Virus record (IMG/VR): IMGVR_UViG_3300029705_000039
Reading direction: 5' to 3' (one strand)
Length of the DNA: 64,000 nt
Source: a virus
Taxonomy: Duplodnaviria > Caudoviricetes
Part shown: piece by piece, positions 45,773-54,030 of the stretch
How the letters are laid out: the number at the start of each line of letters is the position of its first letter
Numbering within the stretch: the stretch's first letter is position 1
The notes under the pieces: generated by a model
What the model was told of the DNA's origin: nothing
The model's input: only the letters and a program-made list of their open reading frames with translations
Database searches by the model: none
Position numbers and translations under genes: made by a program

Positions 45773-47165
45773 AAATATATTTCAAAAGGAGCAAGATGCT
45801 CTTTTACAAACTGTCTTGGGGCTAAGATTCTTAGACCCCTGGACAGATAAAGAATATGATGATTTCTCATTGGTAGCAGATGCTAACCTAGAAATCTTTA
45901 TTACTAGCGCTTGTAATCAAAAATGCGAATATTGCTATCTAATTAAACATAAAGATTTATATCCGCAAGAATTTCGAGATAAAAGTTTAATATTAGATAA
46001 TTTAAGAAAATTATATGATTGGATTTATGATAATAATTATCATATCCCTCTTTGTACTTTTTTCTCTGGTGAAATTTGGCATATCAATTTTGGTTTGGAA
46101 GTATTAGATATTACTTTAGAATATTTAAAGAAGGGAATTAATATCGATAGATTTATGATTCCTTCTAATTGTTCTTTTGTCTTAGATGAATCTCAACTAG
46201 AAAAAATTCAAACCTATATTGATCTATTTGATAAATATGGATATCCTCTACAATTTTCTATTTCAGTAGATGGCGCTATTTTAGAATCTGAAACGAGACC
46301 ATTAAATAATGGAATTGCCAAAACAGAAGATTATTATGATAGATTATTTCTATTTGCTAAACATAATAATTATTATTTTCATCCAATGGTCAGCGCCTTT
46401 AGCGTGGAAAAGTGGATAGAAAATTACAAATGGTGGGAAAAACAATTTAACAAATGGGATATGAATATTTCAGCCTTAATGATGTTAGAGGTTAGAAATG
46501 ATGATTGGACAGAAGAAAAAATCACCGCTTATACATCCTTTCTTAATTTTTTAATTGATAAATATTTTGAAGAAGAATGTGGAAAAAATGTAGAAGTGTT
46601 TTCTAATCGTCTAATGAATATTCGCAATTATATTCCACAAAAAATTCATCCTGCCGAATTAGCCGGTTATACTCCTTGGGCATTACCAGAAACTGACAGT
46701 TTTATTGGTTGTACCTGCGCTAATGAACTAACTGTACGGCTTGGCGATTTGGCAATTATACCTTGCCATAGATTGGGATATAATAAATATAAATATGGCA
46801 ACTTTACATTAAAAAATAATCATATTGACACAATTGAAGCAAATAATCCTCAAATGGCAGTTAAAATCTTAATGAGCAACTTTAATCTTGCTAGTTTTGG
46901 TTGCGATACTTGTTTATTTAATCATTATTGCCTTAAAGGGTGCTATGGTAGCCAATATGAAAATATGGGCGATCCATTTATTCCTGTTCCGAATATTTGT
47001 AACTTCTTTAAAAAGAAATATAGTTTTCTTTTACAAAAGTATAAGGATATGGGAGTATTTGATTATTACAAAACTATTGCACCGCAGGAATTAGAATATC
47101 CGCGTATTAAGAAATTATTAGACCTTTTTGAAGAGTGGGAGGTTTCGCCGCTATGCAATGGATAA
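45753..47165 (+). CDS. Radical SAM/SPASM protein 2
   Basis: CNQKCEYC, ISVDG, PCH...CDTC....YCLKGC.......IC. Confidence 0.9.
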   Translation: MMLEKTKNIFQKEQDALLQTVLGLRFLDPWTDKEYDDFSLVADANLEIFITSACNQKCEYCYLIKHKDLYPQEFRDKSLILDNLRKLYDWIYDNNYHIPLCTFFSGEIWHINFGLEVLDITLEYLKKGINIDRFMIPSNCSFVLDESQLEKIQTYIDLFDKYGYPLQFSISVDGAILESETRPLNNGIAKTEDYYDRLFLFAKHNNYYFHPMVSAFSVEKWIENYKWWEKQFNKWDMNISALMMLEVRNDDWTEEKITAYTSFLNFLIDKYFEEECGKNVEVFSNRLMNIRNYIPQKIHPAELAGYTPWALPETDSFIGCTCANELTVRLGDLAIIPCHRLGYNKYKYGNFTLKNNHIDTIEANNPQMAVKILMSNFNLASFGCDTCLFNHYCLKGCYGSQYENMGDPFIPVPNICNFFKKKYSFLLQKYKDMGVFDYYKTIAPQELEYPRIKKLLDLFEEWEVSPLCNG

Positions 47166-47497
47166 ACGGTATGAAAATGTTCCCTTATGGGCGAACTCCA
47201 GTACAAAATATTACTCTAGAACAATTAGAGAATGATAATATAGAAGAAATTAATATGTATCTCTTGAAAATGGCGCGCCAAATGATTATTTATTAGGAAT
47301 TAGTTAGTTGGAAAGCTGATGGAACTCGCTCTAATAAGTATGCTTACAATATTTTCCCTGATGATTTGCCTGATAATGTATCTTGTTTAAGTGCTTATGG
47401 TCAAAAGATGGTTAATGATTGGTATTCTAGAAATAAATACCATGGCGATAAAGGAGTAAAGCAGACAGATGTTGGATTTAATTATACCGGTATATAA
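47153..47497 (+). CDS. Small hypothetical protein in the radical SAM operon (code 15)
   Basis: GGGAGG RBS, one in-frame TAG, overlaps both neighbours. Confidence 0.65.
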
Positions 47498-48479
47498 TAA
47501 TTTGGAAGGGTTGTATAGAACTTTGTTATCTATTGGTGCGGAAACTAAGCAAAAAGTTTACGTGACTATTGTAGATGATGCCTCAGATATTAACTATGAT
47601 GAAGTGATTCCGCTATTCCAAAAACTTTTCCCTATTCGTATTCTAAAATTAAGTGAAAATATGGGTCCTGGTGTGGCAAGACAGCAAGGCATACGAGAGA
47701 CTAATAACCCATATTTTTCTTTTATTGATTGCGGCGATACATTTTATTCTCCTTTAATATTGCCTACGATGTTAGAAGCAATAGAAAAGCATCCTCAAGC
47801 AATGATGTTTTCTTGGGCTCATATAGAAGAGAATAGCGATGGAAGTTTGGATATGGTTAATTCTTATCATAATCGCATTCATGGTAAAATTTATAATAGG
47901 GAGTTTATAAATAAACATAATATTACTTTTTCTCAATTATCCCCGTATGCAAACGAAGACATCGGCTTTAATCTTGCGTGTCGTATGATATTAAAATCTT
48001 TATATCCTGAAACAGCATTGTATTCTAATGAAGATGCGGCAGTTGTATGGAAATGGAGCGGTCCTTCTATTGTTCGTGCGAATGACTGTGAATTCTATTA
48101 TAGAAAACAACATTTAGGATTGGCTTTGAACAGTTTACACGCGATTAATATAGCAAAAGAAAATAATGTATTAGAGCGTATAATTATAGAAGAAATATAT
48201 ACAACAATGATATATTTATATATGTTCTATTTACAAACTTTATATGTAAGGCCGCAATTTAAAGATGAGGCTTATATGGGTTGCAAATATTATTATTCAA
48301 AAATTTTTAGAGAATATGGGATAAAAAACCCATCTTTATTTAGAGATTATTACTATAAAGTGCTACTTTCTTTCCTCTCCGATGAAGATGACCCAATGCT
48401 ACAATCTCTTGTAAGTTTTGATGTTCTTAAATTCTTACAAGAATTGGAGGAAAATACGCATGAGGGACTTAAAAATTAA
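47469..48479 (+). CDS. Glycosyltransferase family 2
   Basis: LIIPVYN, VDDAS, GPGVARQ.G, FIDCGD, NEDIGF. Confidence 0.9.
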   Translation: MLDLIIPVYNNLEGLYRTLLSIGAETKQKVYVTIVDDASDINYDEVIPLFQKLFPIRILKLSENMGPGVARQQGIRETNNPYFSFIDCGDTFYSPLILPTMLEAIEKHPQAMMFSWAHIEENSDGSLDMVNSYHNRIHGKIYNREFINKHNITFSQLSPYANEDIGFNLACRMILKSLYPETALYSNEDAAVVWKWSGPSIVRANDCEFYYRKQHLGLALNSLHAINIAKENNVLERIIIEEIYTTMIYLYMFYLQTLYVRPQFKDEAYMGCKYYYSKIFREYGIKNPSLFRDYYYKVLLSFLSDEDDPMLQSLVSFDVLKFLQELEENTHEGLKN

Positions 48480-49221
48480 ATAGGGCTTTGTAACCTTATT
48501 ATCTTCTGAAAATTATATAGAAGCGGTTTTAATTCTGAATGCCAGCCTAAAAGCAGTGCAATCTAAATATCCCTTAATAGTTGCCTGTACTCCTTCTGTA
48601 ATAAAAAATGAACGCATTATTGCGGCTCTGCTAGCAGAAAATTGTATAGTAGAGCCAATAGCACCATTACGTTTTCCAGAAGGTTTAGAACATCTTCTAC
48701 AAAAAGATTATCCTAATTTGCCAAATCTTTTAAATACCGGCGCGAAATTAGAAGTATTTTCTTTGAAACATTATGATAAACTCGTCTTTATCGACGCAGA
48801 TGGATTTTTGGTAAAAAATATAGATTTTTTATTTAATAAAAAAGATGGCTCTTCTACTATTCAAAAAGACGAGCGCGATGAAATTAGTAGTAATTGTAGT
48901 GTTTTTGTTTTTTGCCCTCGTAATCATAATATAAATTTTTATCGAGGCCTAGTATTTAAAATGGGGCACAATGATGGCGCAGTTTTTGAAAGTATGTGGT
49001 TTTAGGTTAAAGACAATGAAGATTATAGAATAAAAGATAATATCTATTATCTTCCTTTTGATGAAAATATACATACTGAAGTCTATGGTTATCATTTATG
49101 GAAACCGCATTTAAAATATTGGTTATTAAAAGATATGCCTAATACAGATTTAGCTAATTTGTATAAAAACTTTTTAATACCAATTAGAGCCAAATATAAA
49201 TTTGACTTTTCTCAAAAATAA
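48460..49221 (+). CDS. Glycosyltransferase family 8 (glycogenin-like), code 15
   Basis: GFVTLL...Y...VLILNASL...SKYPL; KLEVF...YDKLVFIDAD; two TAG. Confidence 0.8.
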
Positions 49222-49259
49222 CTTTATAATATATGTAAGATGAAAGAAAGGAGTATTGT

Positions 49260-49511
49260 ATGAATAATCATATTCGTGCCCATATCCAATTAACTACCTT
49301 AGCCGATATTAACAATTTCGTAAATGAACTTAATAAAGATAATTTCACTAATTGTTATACTCTTGAAAATTTCGATGGCTCTCTACGTGTCAATGCACGC
49401 TCAATTCACGGTATAATTTATGCCGCGAGCGATTATAATGATGAAATGTTTTTAGTTAATGAAAGTAATGATGGTGCTTTCCCGTCAAGCATTGATAAAT
49501 ACAGAGTTTAA
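49260..49511 (+). CDS. HPr-like protein
   Basis: RVNARSIHGI resembles the HPr VNAKSIMG motif. Confidence 0.55.
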   Translation: MNNHIRAHIQLTTLADINNFVNELNKDNFTNCYTLENFDGSLRVNARSIHGIIYAASDYNDEMFLVNESNDGAFPSSIDKYRV

Positions 49512-49514
49512 AAT

Positions 49515-49543
49515 TTGACAATTTTAAAAAAATAGTATATAAT
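49515..49543 (+). promoter_or_regulatory. sigmaA-type promoter of the main tRNA array
   Basis: TTGACA-17-TATAAT. Confidence 0.8.
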
Positions 49544-49581
49544 ATTTATACAAGGTTGAGGGAGATAACTCCCTCAAATAT

Positions 49582-49657
49582 GGGTATATAGTCCAGTTGG
49601 TAGAACGGTAGACTGTTAATCTATATGTCGGGGGTTCGAGTCCCTCTATACCCGCCA
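49582..49657 (+). tRNA. tRNA-Asn(GTT)
   Basis: GTAGA-CTGTTAA-TCTAT, CCA. Confidence 0.9.
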
Positions 49658-49916
49658 CTTGTATCATCTAATGATACTAACCCTTAACACGGATTTTGAG
49701 AGTTTAAACTACCACCGGCCAGAACGACAAATGACGGATATGTGGCTAGCGGAAAAGGGTATATAAAGAAGCGAAGCAAAACTCTCAGCTGTACAGCGGG
49801 CTTGGCCCTTACCGATACAAGGCTCCTAATGCGGCTAAGTATGGGAAGAAGCGGACATTAGCGTTATGAGTGATGTGAAAATCACCATCATCCCGGGACG
49901 AGACGCCGGATCATTT

Positions 49917-49992
49917 GCCTGAGTCGAATAAAGGTAAGTTCGCGGGCCTTTCAAGCCCGTAATGTCGGGTTCGAGTCCCACCTCAGGTGCCA
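49917..49992 (+). tRNA. tRNA-Glu(TTC)
   Basis: CGGGC-CTTTCAA-GCCCG, CCA. Confidence 0.85.
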
Positions 49993-49998
49993 ATTTTA

Positions 49999-50062
49999 AG
50001 GCGGCCACAGCAATTTTTCAAGCATCTGTTATTGTAGAACTGATATAACTTGAAAGCCGCCT
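49999..50062 (+). ncRNA. CAGCAA ncRNA, copy 4
   Basis: AGGCGGC-C-ACAGCAA...TTTCAAG/CTTGAAA inner stem...GCCGCCT. Confidence 0.6.
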
Positions 50063-50071
50063 AGTTTTTAT

Positions 50072-50147
50072 GCCGAATTAGCTCAATTGGCAGAGCAATC
50101 GCCTTGTAAGCGATAGGTTAAGAGTTCAAGTCTCTTATTCGGCTCCA
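50072..50147 (+). tRNA. tRNA-Thr(TGT)
   Basis: ATCGC-CTTGTAA-GCGAT, CCA. Confidence 0.9.
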
Positions 50148-50263
50148 TCGTGCGTTGGAACGTAGCGATACGGTTTAGGCGAACCACCCATAAAATCGCT
50201 CACGCAGAAAGGGGTACAAGATGATTCCAACCGTCGAAAGAGACCGTTAGCCTTTCAACTTTT

Positions 50264-50378
50264 TAGGCACATACAGCAAAACAGTAGTCCAATTGGGCCG
50301 GTAGCTCAGATGGTAAGAGCATTAGATTGATAATCTGAAGGTCGTTGGTTCGAGTCCAACCTGTTAAATATGTGTCTA
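50264..50378 (+). ncRNA. CAGCAA ncRNA, copy 5, enclosing a tRNA-Ile(GAT)-like body without a 3' acceptor or CCA
   Basis: TAGGCACATA/TATGTGTCTA clamp; D arm, TTAGA-TTGATAA-TCTGA, T arm GTTGG-TTCGAGT-CCAAC. Confidence 0.7.
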
Positions 50379-50520
50379 GCAAAACATAACACTTGAGGTT
50401 ATGTTGAGTAATGAAATAATTCCCCGTCCCAAGCCGCGGTGAATTATGGAACTCTAAGGGGGTTTTAGTGTAGAACCACAACTTGGGTAGGCTTAAATGC
50501 CGAAGGAAAAACACTTTTAT

Positions 50521-50639
50521 GGAAACGTGGTGTAACGGTAGCACTTAAACAAGTCGGTATAGGCCGCGGACCGGTCAGCAATCTTTCTTTAGACGATTCT
50601 GCAAAAATTGAGGAGTTGGTTCGAATCCAACCGTTTCCA
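50521..50639 (+). ncRNA. tRNA-like RNA with the anticodon arm replaced by about 65 nt
   Basis: GGAAACG/CGTTTCC acceptor, D arm, T arm GTTGG-TTCGAAT-CCAAC; insert contains CAGCAA. Confidence 0.65.
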
Positions 50640-50658
50640 AATTAGCGGCATTCATTGT

Positions 50659-50733
50659 GTGGGTATCGTCCAGCGGATAGGGCATGGAGCTTCTACCTCC
50701 ATAACGTGGGTTCGATTCCTACTACCCATACCA
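50659..50733 (+). tRNA. tRNA-Arg(TCT)
   Basis: TGGAG-CTTCTAC-CTCCA, CCA. Confidence 0.85.
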
Positions 50734-50738
50734 TTCAT

Positions 50739-50814
50739 AGCAGAGTAGAGAAGAGGTCATCTCGCCATGTTCATAACTTGGAGATCGTAGGTTCGAATCC
50801 TACCCCTGCTCCCA
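50739..50814 (+). tRNA. tRNA-Met(CAT), atypical
   Basis: CCATG-TTCATAA-CTTGG; mismatches in two stems. Confidence 0.7.
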
Positions 50815-50818
50815 TTAT

Positions 50819-50894
50819 GCTTCCTTTGCCAAGATGGTAAGGCGGCGGATTGCAAATCCGTGATTCATTGGTTCGACTCCAATAGGAAGCTCCA
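50819..50894 (+). tRNA. tRNA-Cys(GCA)
   Basis: GCGGA-TTGCAAA-TCCGT, U73, CCA. Confidence 0.9.
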
Positions 50895-50898
50895 TTAT

Positions 50899-50974
50899 CT
50901 CCCGTTAGTCTAACTGGATAAAACATATGGCTACGGACCATAGTATGTGGGTTCAAGTCCTGCACGGGAGGCCA
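50899..50974 (+). tRNA. tRNA-Arg(ACG)
   Basis: TATGG-CTACGGA-CCATA, CCA. Confidence 0.9.
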
Positions 50975-50980
50975 ATATAT

Positions 50981-51056
50981 GCCTAGGAAGCTCATAAGGA
51001 TGAGCAGCGGACTCATATCCCGCAGGTAGTTAGTTCGAATCTAACGCTAGGCACCA
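50981..51056 (+). tRNA. tRNA with CAT anticodon (Met or Ile2)
   Basis: GCGGA-CTCATAT-CCCGC, CCA. Confidence 0.75.
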
Positions 51057-51280
51057 AAGGTTTTATGGAGTTCCTTAATAACCATATGACTTATTGCTTC
51101 AATAGGTAAGCAACGTTTTAGAGAAGGTATCATACAACTCCCCACTGAGTTCCGTGAAAACTCGAAGGTGCCGATGTATGCGTTGGGCTAACCCACATGT
51201 AAGTCTGTGGTTAGGGGATAGTCACCAAAAGACATGTAGGAATCAGCTGATGCCTGCGCTAGCAAAGAAGAAAGCTTTTT

Positions 51281-51372
51281 GGAGAGATACCCAAGTTGGT
51301 GAAGGGGCGAGTTTGCTAAACTTGTAGGTCAGCTTGCCTGGCGCGTGGGTTCGAGTCCCACTCTTTCCGCCA
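51281..51372 (+). tRNA. tRNA-Ser(GCT)
   Basis: CGAGT-TTGCTAA-ACTTG, long variable arm, CCA. Confidence 0.9.
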
Positions 51373-51820
51373 AAGGTTATTTCACCTTGTAATAAAAAGG
51401 AACGCAAAAATCACAATTGGGCGAAACGAAGTAGTGACGCTTCTAGCAGAAAGCGAACAAAGGGACTAATCAACCCATTCTGTAGTCGTAAAAGGTGCGG
51501 CCACACCTATTACGCAAATGCGACGGACAAGGCTTTGGCAGGTGAGACTTGTAATAACCAAAAAGGTCAACAGACTGGTGGGACGCGAGTGGTCGCAAAC
51601 TGTAGGGATTAAAAATCGAGCACTAAGCTGTAATAATGGGATACTTCATATGGGTAAAGTTATAGGCAATTCCCATAGCCTGACTTAGAGGTATGGAGTG
51701 CTGACTTTATGAGCGGTTGGGTCAGCAACCTACAGTTATAGTAAGTTGCAATTTACTAATAATTAACTCTTGAGCGGTACAAAGATTAGAGGCGGCCCAG
51801 CCTATACCGTAGGGCGTATA
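51373..51820 (+). ncRNA. Candidate large structured ncRNA (GOLLD/ROOL-like context)
   Basis: About 450 nt of GC-enriched non-coding sequence between tRNAs with several helices (e.g. AACTGTAGG/CCTACAGTT). Confidence 0.4.
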
Positions 51821-51821
51821 T

Positions 51822-51898
51822 AGTGCCGTAGAGAAGTTGGAGTTCTCGCCAGTCTGTCACACTGGAGATCGCGGGTCCGAGTCCCGTCGGCACTGCCA
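51822..51898 (+). tRNA. tRNA-Asp(GTC)
   Basis: CCAGT-CTGTCAC-ACTGG; T loop TCCGAGT. Confidence 0.9.
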
Positions 51899-51901
51899 TA
51901 T

Positions 51902-51977
51902 GATGTATTAGCTCAGAAGGTAGAGCGCTGGTCGTTAAGAGTTGAGGTCATAGGTTCAAGTCCTATATACATCACCA
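51902..51977 (+). ncRNA. tRNA-like RNA with a disrupted anticodon arm
   Basis: Perfect acceptor, D and T arms and CCA; anticodon stem CTGGT/AGTTG largely unpaired. Confidence 0.65.
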
Positions 51978-52048
51978 ATAGTATACGTCGGTTCAAACCC
52001 GGCACCGTCAATAGCTGGCGGTTAGTTTAAAAGGTAAAAACATACTAT
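51978..52048 (+). ncRNA. Second circularly permuted tRNA-like element
   Basis: ATAGTAT/ATACTAT closing stem; T arm GTCGG-TTCAAAC-CCGGC, then ACCGTCA-ATAGC-TGGCGGT, then a D arm with GG. Confidence 0.65.
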
Positions 52049-52088
52049 ACCAGTTCTTACTGCGGTATCCTACGGGGCCGCAGATTTT

Positions 52089-52164
52089 GCTCCAATACCT
52101 CAGTTGGTAGAGGGCGCGCTTGGTAAGTGCGATGTCGCCAGTCCGATTCTGGCTTGGAGCTCCA
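52089..52164 (+). tRNA. tRNA-Thr(GGT)
   Basis: CGCGC-TTGGTAA-GTGCG; T loop TCCGATT. Confidence 0.85.
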
Positions 52165-52309
52165 GGGGATTAAGCTAACCCTTCTAAAAACACGCGCTGT
52201 GGTAAATAGAGAAGTGAGACGCAAGGGTATCCGGCATAAGGTATCTCTAAGCCTGACCGGTAGAGTAGCGCCCGGAGAGTTTTTACGCCTGTTCTCTCCA
52301 ACTTAATAT

Positions 52310-52395
52310 GGGTAGATATACCGTAAGTGGTAGCGGGGCAGGCTGTAAACTTGCTGTCAATGACTCGGGTGGTTCGACTCCATCTCTGCCCACCA
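52310..52395 (+). tRNA. tRNA-Tyr(GTA)
   Basis: GCAGG-CTGTAAA-CTTGC, variable arm, CCA. Confidence 0.9.
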
Positions 52396-52423
52396 ATTTA
52401 AATAAAAGAAAGGAATTAATTTT

Positions 52424-52645
52424 ATGGAAAAGGAAACTAAGTTTGAAACCTATACTTTTACTCATTCTAATGAAAATGATGTTCTTACTTCCCTGAACTT
52501 CACTGTTCCCCCTGTAGGTGTAACTATTGAAACTTTCCTCTCTATGTGTCGCAAATTTGCCTATGCTCTTGGTTATGCTGAAAAGAGTATTGATGAATGG
52601 TTTGGCGAAGATGGAGACGAATCCTTTACAGAGTTTATGGAATGA
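52424..52645 (+). CDS. Small acidic hypothetical protein
   Basis: AAGGA RBS, 73 aa. Confidence 0.6.
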   Translation: MEKETKFETYTFTHSNENDVLTSLNFTVPPVGVTIETFLSMCRKFAYALGYAEKSIDEWFGEDGDESFTEFME

Positions 52646-52697
52646 CCGCGGCAAAGGAATATATATTCATTTTTATCATAATGGAGAGTGAATAAAT

Positions 52698-53252
52698 ATG
52701 TATTCGCAAGCATTGTCCGCGGGATGTATGTTAGGCTTTGCCGCTCTTCTTTCTTGCTGTGTTGAGAATCAAATTTTAGCGGCGTTATTCTTTTCAATAG
52801 GACTTTTGTATATACGAATAAGTAAATTTTATCTATATACAGGCCAAATTCAAAATCTAAAAGACCATTCTACTTCTTTAAAAGAATTAGGAATTGGCTT
52901 ATTTGGCAATATTAGCGGCGTTACGCTTTTCTTCTCTTTATTTTTCTTCCTTGATTTTCACGCGGCCGCAGATAAATATTTTGCTATTACTGCTGTAAAA
53001 TGGTCTTATCCTTGGTATCATTATATTGCTTCTAGTATGTGTTGCGGTATTTTGATGACAATTGCAACAAAAAAAGAAAGTCCTTTATGGTTAAGTAGTT
53101 TATGTGTAATGGCTTTTATTCTTGCTGGTTTTAATCATTGTGTTGCTGATTGGTTCTATGTTTTCGGAAGCATGAGCCCGTTAAAATATTTCTATTGGTC
53201 TTTAACTGTTATTGGTAATTTTCTTGGTGGTTATTTGGCCGCAACCAAATAA
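52698..53252 (+). CDS. Formate/nitrite transporter-family protein (short)
   Basis: FSIGL...LYTG...GN...FILAGFNHCVAD...GNFLGG. Confidence 0.75.
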   Translation: MYSQALSAGCMLGFAALLSCCVENQILAALFFSIGLLYIRISKFYLYTGQIQNLKDHSTSLKELGIGLFGNISGVTLFFSLFFFLDFHAAADKYFAITAVKWSYPWYHYIASSMCCGILMTIATKKESPLWLSSLCVMAFILAGFNHCVADWFYVFGSMSPLKYFYWSLTVIGNFLGGYLAATK

Positions 53253-53261
53253 CCCTTACTT

Positions 53262-53818
53262 CGGGGTGTAGCGCAGTTTGGCTAGCGCATTCGCTTTGGG
53301 AAAAGAGATTTTTGCTGATATAAAATGTTAGATAATACTCAACAAAAAGGAACTATTACTGAATTACACTGTATCTTAGATTTAACTAATTTGGGTTATC
53401 GGTGTTTAAAACCAGTAGATGAAAGTTCTAAATATGATATAGTTGTCGATTTAGGGCAAGGAAAATTTAAACGCATACAATGTAAAACTGCTTCTTGGGC
53501 TAATGATACAAAACAAGAGCATGTTGCGTTTCAAATTAATACTTGCAGTCAAACCACTAATACAAAAACGACTACTCGTCATAAATATTCTAAAGATGAT
53601 ATTGATTATTTTTACACTTGGTTTGAAGGTCAAGGATATTTAGTCTCCATTGAAGAAGCAACGGGAATTGGCTTTAGATGGCGGTATGAATATCCTGAAA
53701 CGAATCAGAAACAGGGAATTCATATCGCTAGTGAATATAAAATTGAGGAGGTTTTAAAGGCAATCTAAGATTTTCCTGGAGCGAAGGGTCGTGAGTTCAA
53801 ATCTCACCTCCCCGACCA
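53262..53818 (+). tRNA. tRNA-Pro(TGG) split by a 479-nt insertion (exons about 53262-53301 and 53781-53818)
   Basis: 5' half CGGGGTG...TTCGC-TTTGGGA and 3' half GCGAA-GGGTC-GTGAG-TTCAAAT-CTCAC-CTCCCCG-ACCA reconstitute a cloverleaf. Confidence 0.85.
53325..53768 (+). CDS. PD-(D/E)XK endonuclease of the group I intron-associated (I-Ssp6803I-like) type, inside tRNA-Pro
   Basis: KGTITE...YDIVVD...RIQCKT...YSKDDIDYF. Confidence 0.8.
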   Translation: MLDNTQQKGTITELHCILDLTNLGYRCLKPVDESSKYDIVVDLGQGKFKRIQCKTASWANDTKQEHVAFQINTCSQTTNTKTTTRHKYSKDDIDYFYTWFEGQGYLVSIEEATGIGFRWRYEYPETNQKQGIHIASEYKIEEVLKAI

Positions 53819-53826
53819 ATTAAAAT

Positions 53827-53855
53827 TTGACATTTTTCAAATTTTATAATATAAT
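53827..53855 (+). promoter_or_regulatory. sigmaA-type promoter
   Basis: TTGACA-17-TATAAT. Confidence 0.75.
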
Positions 53856-53949
53856 ATATACATAAGGTAAGGAACTTAATCAAATGCTCTCACCTCACGC
53901 TACACGCACCTCCTTGGGCTTTGTTCTATTACTTCCTTACCTTTTATGA

Positions 53950-54026
53950 TGCGGAGTGGAGCAGTTGGTAGCTCGTTAGCCCCATAAGCTAAAGGTCGCA
54001 GGTTCGAGTCCTGCCTCTCGCACCCA
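53950..54026 (+). tRNA. Initiator-like tRNA-Met(CAT), atypical (C33, acceptor bulge)
   Basis: fMet-like D arm; TTAGC-CCCATAA-GCTAA. Confidence 0.7.
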
Positions 54027-54030
54027 ATAA

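Noticed and set aside
42795-50378. CRISPR array interpretation of the CAGCAA repeats
   Set aside because: Copies are dispersed, diverge with compensatory pairing and lack regular spacing; no cas genes seen
50659-50733. CTA within loop CTTCTAC read as a suppressor anticodon
   Set aside because: The stem register gives TCT (Arg)
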